From assembly GCA_963765765.1 (NCBI GenBank), contig CAVXYC010000001.1, forward strand, positions 96,001 to 160,000: a stretch of DNA of 64,000 nt, given 5' to 3'. Shown here in pieces: positions 63,440-64,000 of the stretch. The position numbers were made by a program, and so were the translations under genes. The DNA is from an uncultured Chloroflexia bacterium (GTDB lineage Bacteria; Chloroflexota; UBA6077; JACCZL01). The notes under the pieces are model-generated. The model did no database searches. It saw only the letters and a list, made by a program, of their open reading frames with translations, and was not told where the DNA came from. Each line of letters begins with the position of its first letter. Position 1 is the stretch's first letter.

Positions 63440-64000
63440 GACCCAAGCAGATAGGGCGCTACATCCGAACCGTTCAGCATCTGACGCCGTCGCAGATCGC
63501 GCACCGAGCGCGCCTGCTCGCATTGCGCACGAGCTACTGCCGTCTTCCGCGGTTGACCAGAGCGCGCTATCGGTGGATGGCCGAGGAGTGTCCCGCCACA
63601 TGGTCCGACTGGAAGCTCCTCCCGGGCACAGACGACATCGATCCTGCTTCGGTGACGGAAGCGATTGAGGATGCGCGGAGCATCGCCGCGGGAACGTACC
63701 GGTTTATCAATCGAACCGCGCAGCTTGGACCACGGCCCGCCTGGCGTGATCATGGCCAATCGCAGCTCTGGAGTTACCATCTCCATTACTTCGACTACTT
63801 GCTCTCATTGGGCATCTGGTGGCGGGTGGAGCAAGCTTCAGACGCGCTCGAGACGGCGGCACGCTTGATCGCTGACTGGATCGAGCGAAATGCACCCGCA
63901 CTGGGCGACGGCTGGCATCCGTATCCCGTGGCTGCCAGGCTGAGCAACTGGCTTCAGGGGACTGAGCTGTTCGGGACAGCGTTGCGGAGCCATCCGCTTG
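63436..64000 (+). CDS. Heparinase II/III-family protein, N-terminal part (frameshifted, runs off the window)
   Basis: ATGA overlap; LWSYHLHYFDYL, WIE.N...GDGWHPYP...RL.NW; usual position after a bi-domain oxidoreductase. Confidence 0.7.
   Translation, partial: MRPKQIGRYIRTVQHLTPSQIAHRARLLALRTSYCRLPRLTRARYRWMAEECPATWSDWKLLPGTDDIDPASVTEAIEDARSIAAGTYRFINRTAQLGPRPAWRDHGQSQLWSYHLHYFDYLLSLGIWWRVEQASDALETAARLIADWIERNAPALGDGWHPYPVAARLSNWLQGTELFGTALRSHPL

Overview
GC-rich bacterial chromosomal window, probably from a long-read soil metagenome assembly. Chloroflexota is inferred from protein style and lineage-typical domains, not proven. Many genes, including leuS, carry single-base frameshifts, so most breaks are probably sequencing errors. 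A few core genes (leuS, pyk, an E2 acyltransferase, a cysM-like gene, a YhaO/YhaN-like nuclease-ATPase pair, a divergent murE) sit among accessory modules. The best candidate new system (39177-42863) is a translationally coupled operon. It encodes a TIGR04222-like membrane protein ending in a hidden Cys/Gly tail (CGAGCGGCGGCGD), a DUF692/MNIO iron oxidase and a partner protein, followed by two DoxX genes with ECF42-like promoters. Other modules: (i) a GH19-M23 fusion with both active sites apparently degenerate, coupled to a clan GH-A hydrolase; (ii) two SBP56/methanethiol-oxidase-like paralogs with an AfsR/SARP regulator and a candidate direct-repeat operator; (iii) a Crp, solute-binding protein, Cache-HAMP-GAF-GAF kinase, pseudo-receiver and receiver-adenylate cyclase signalling cluster; (iv) a Tat hydrolase, cytochrome P460, DUF4405 and Rieske cluster; (v) a low-GC ASCH/carbamoyltransferase relic; (vi) three different REP-like inverted doublets; (vii) the start of a surface polysaccharide locus. 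No rRNA, tRNA, CRISPR array or transposase was recognised. All family assignments are by-eye motif recognition, without database searches.
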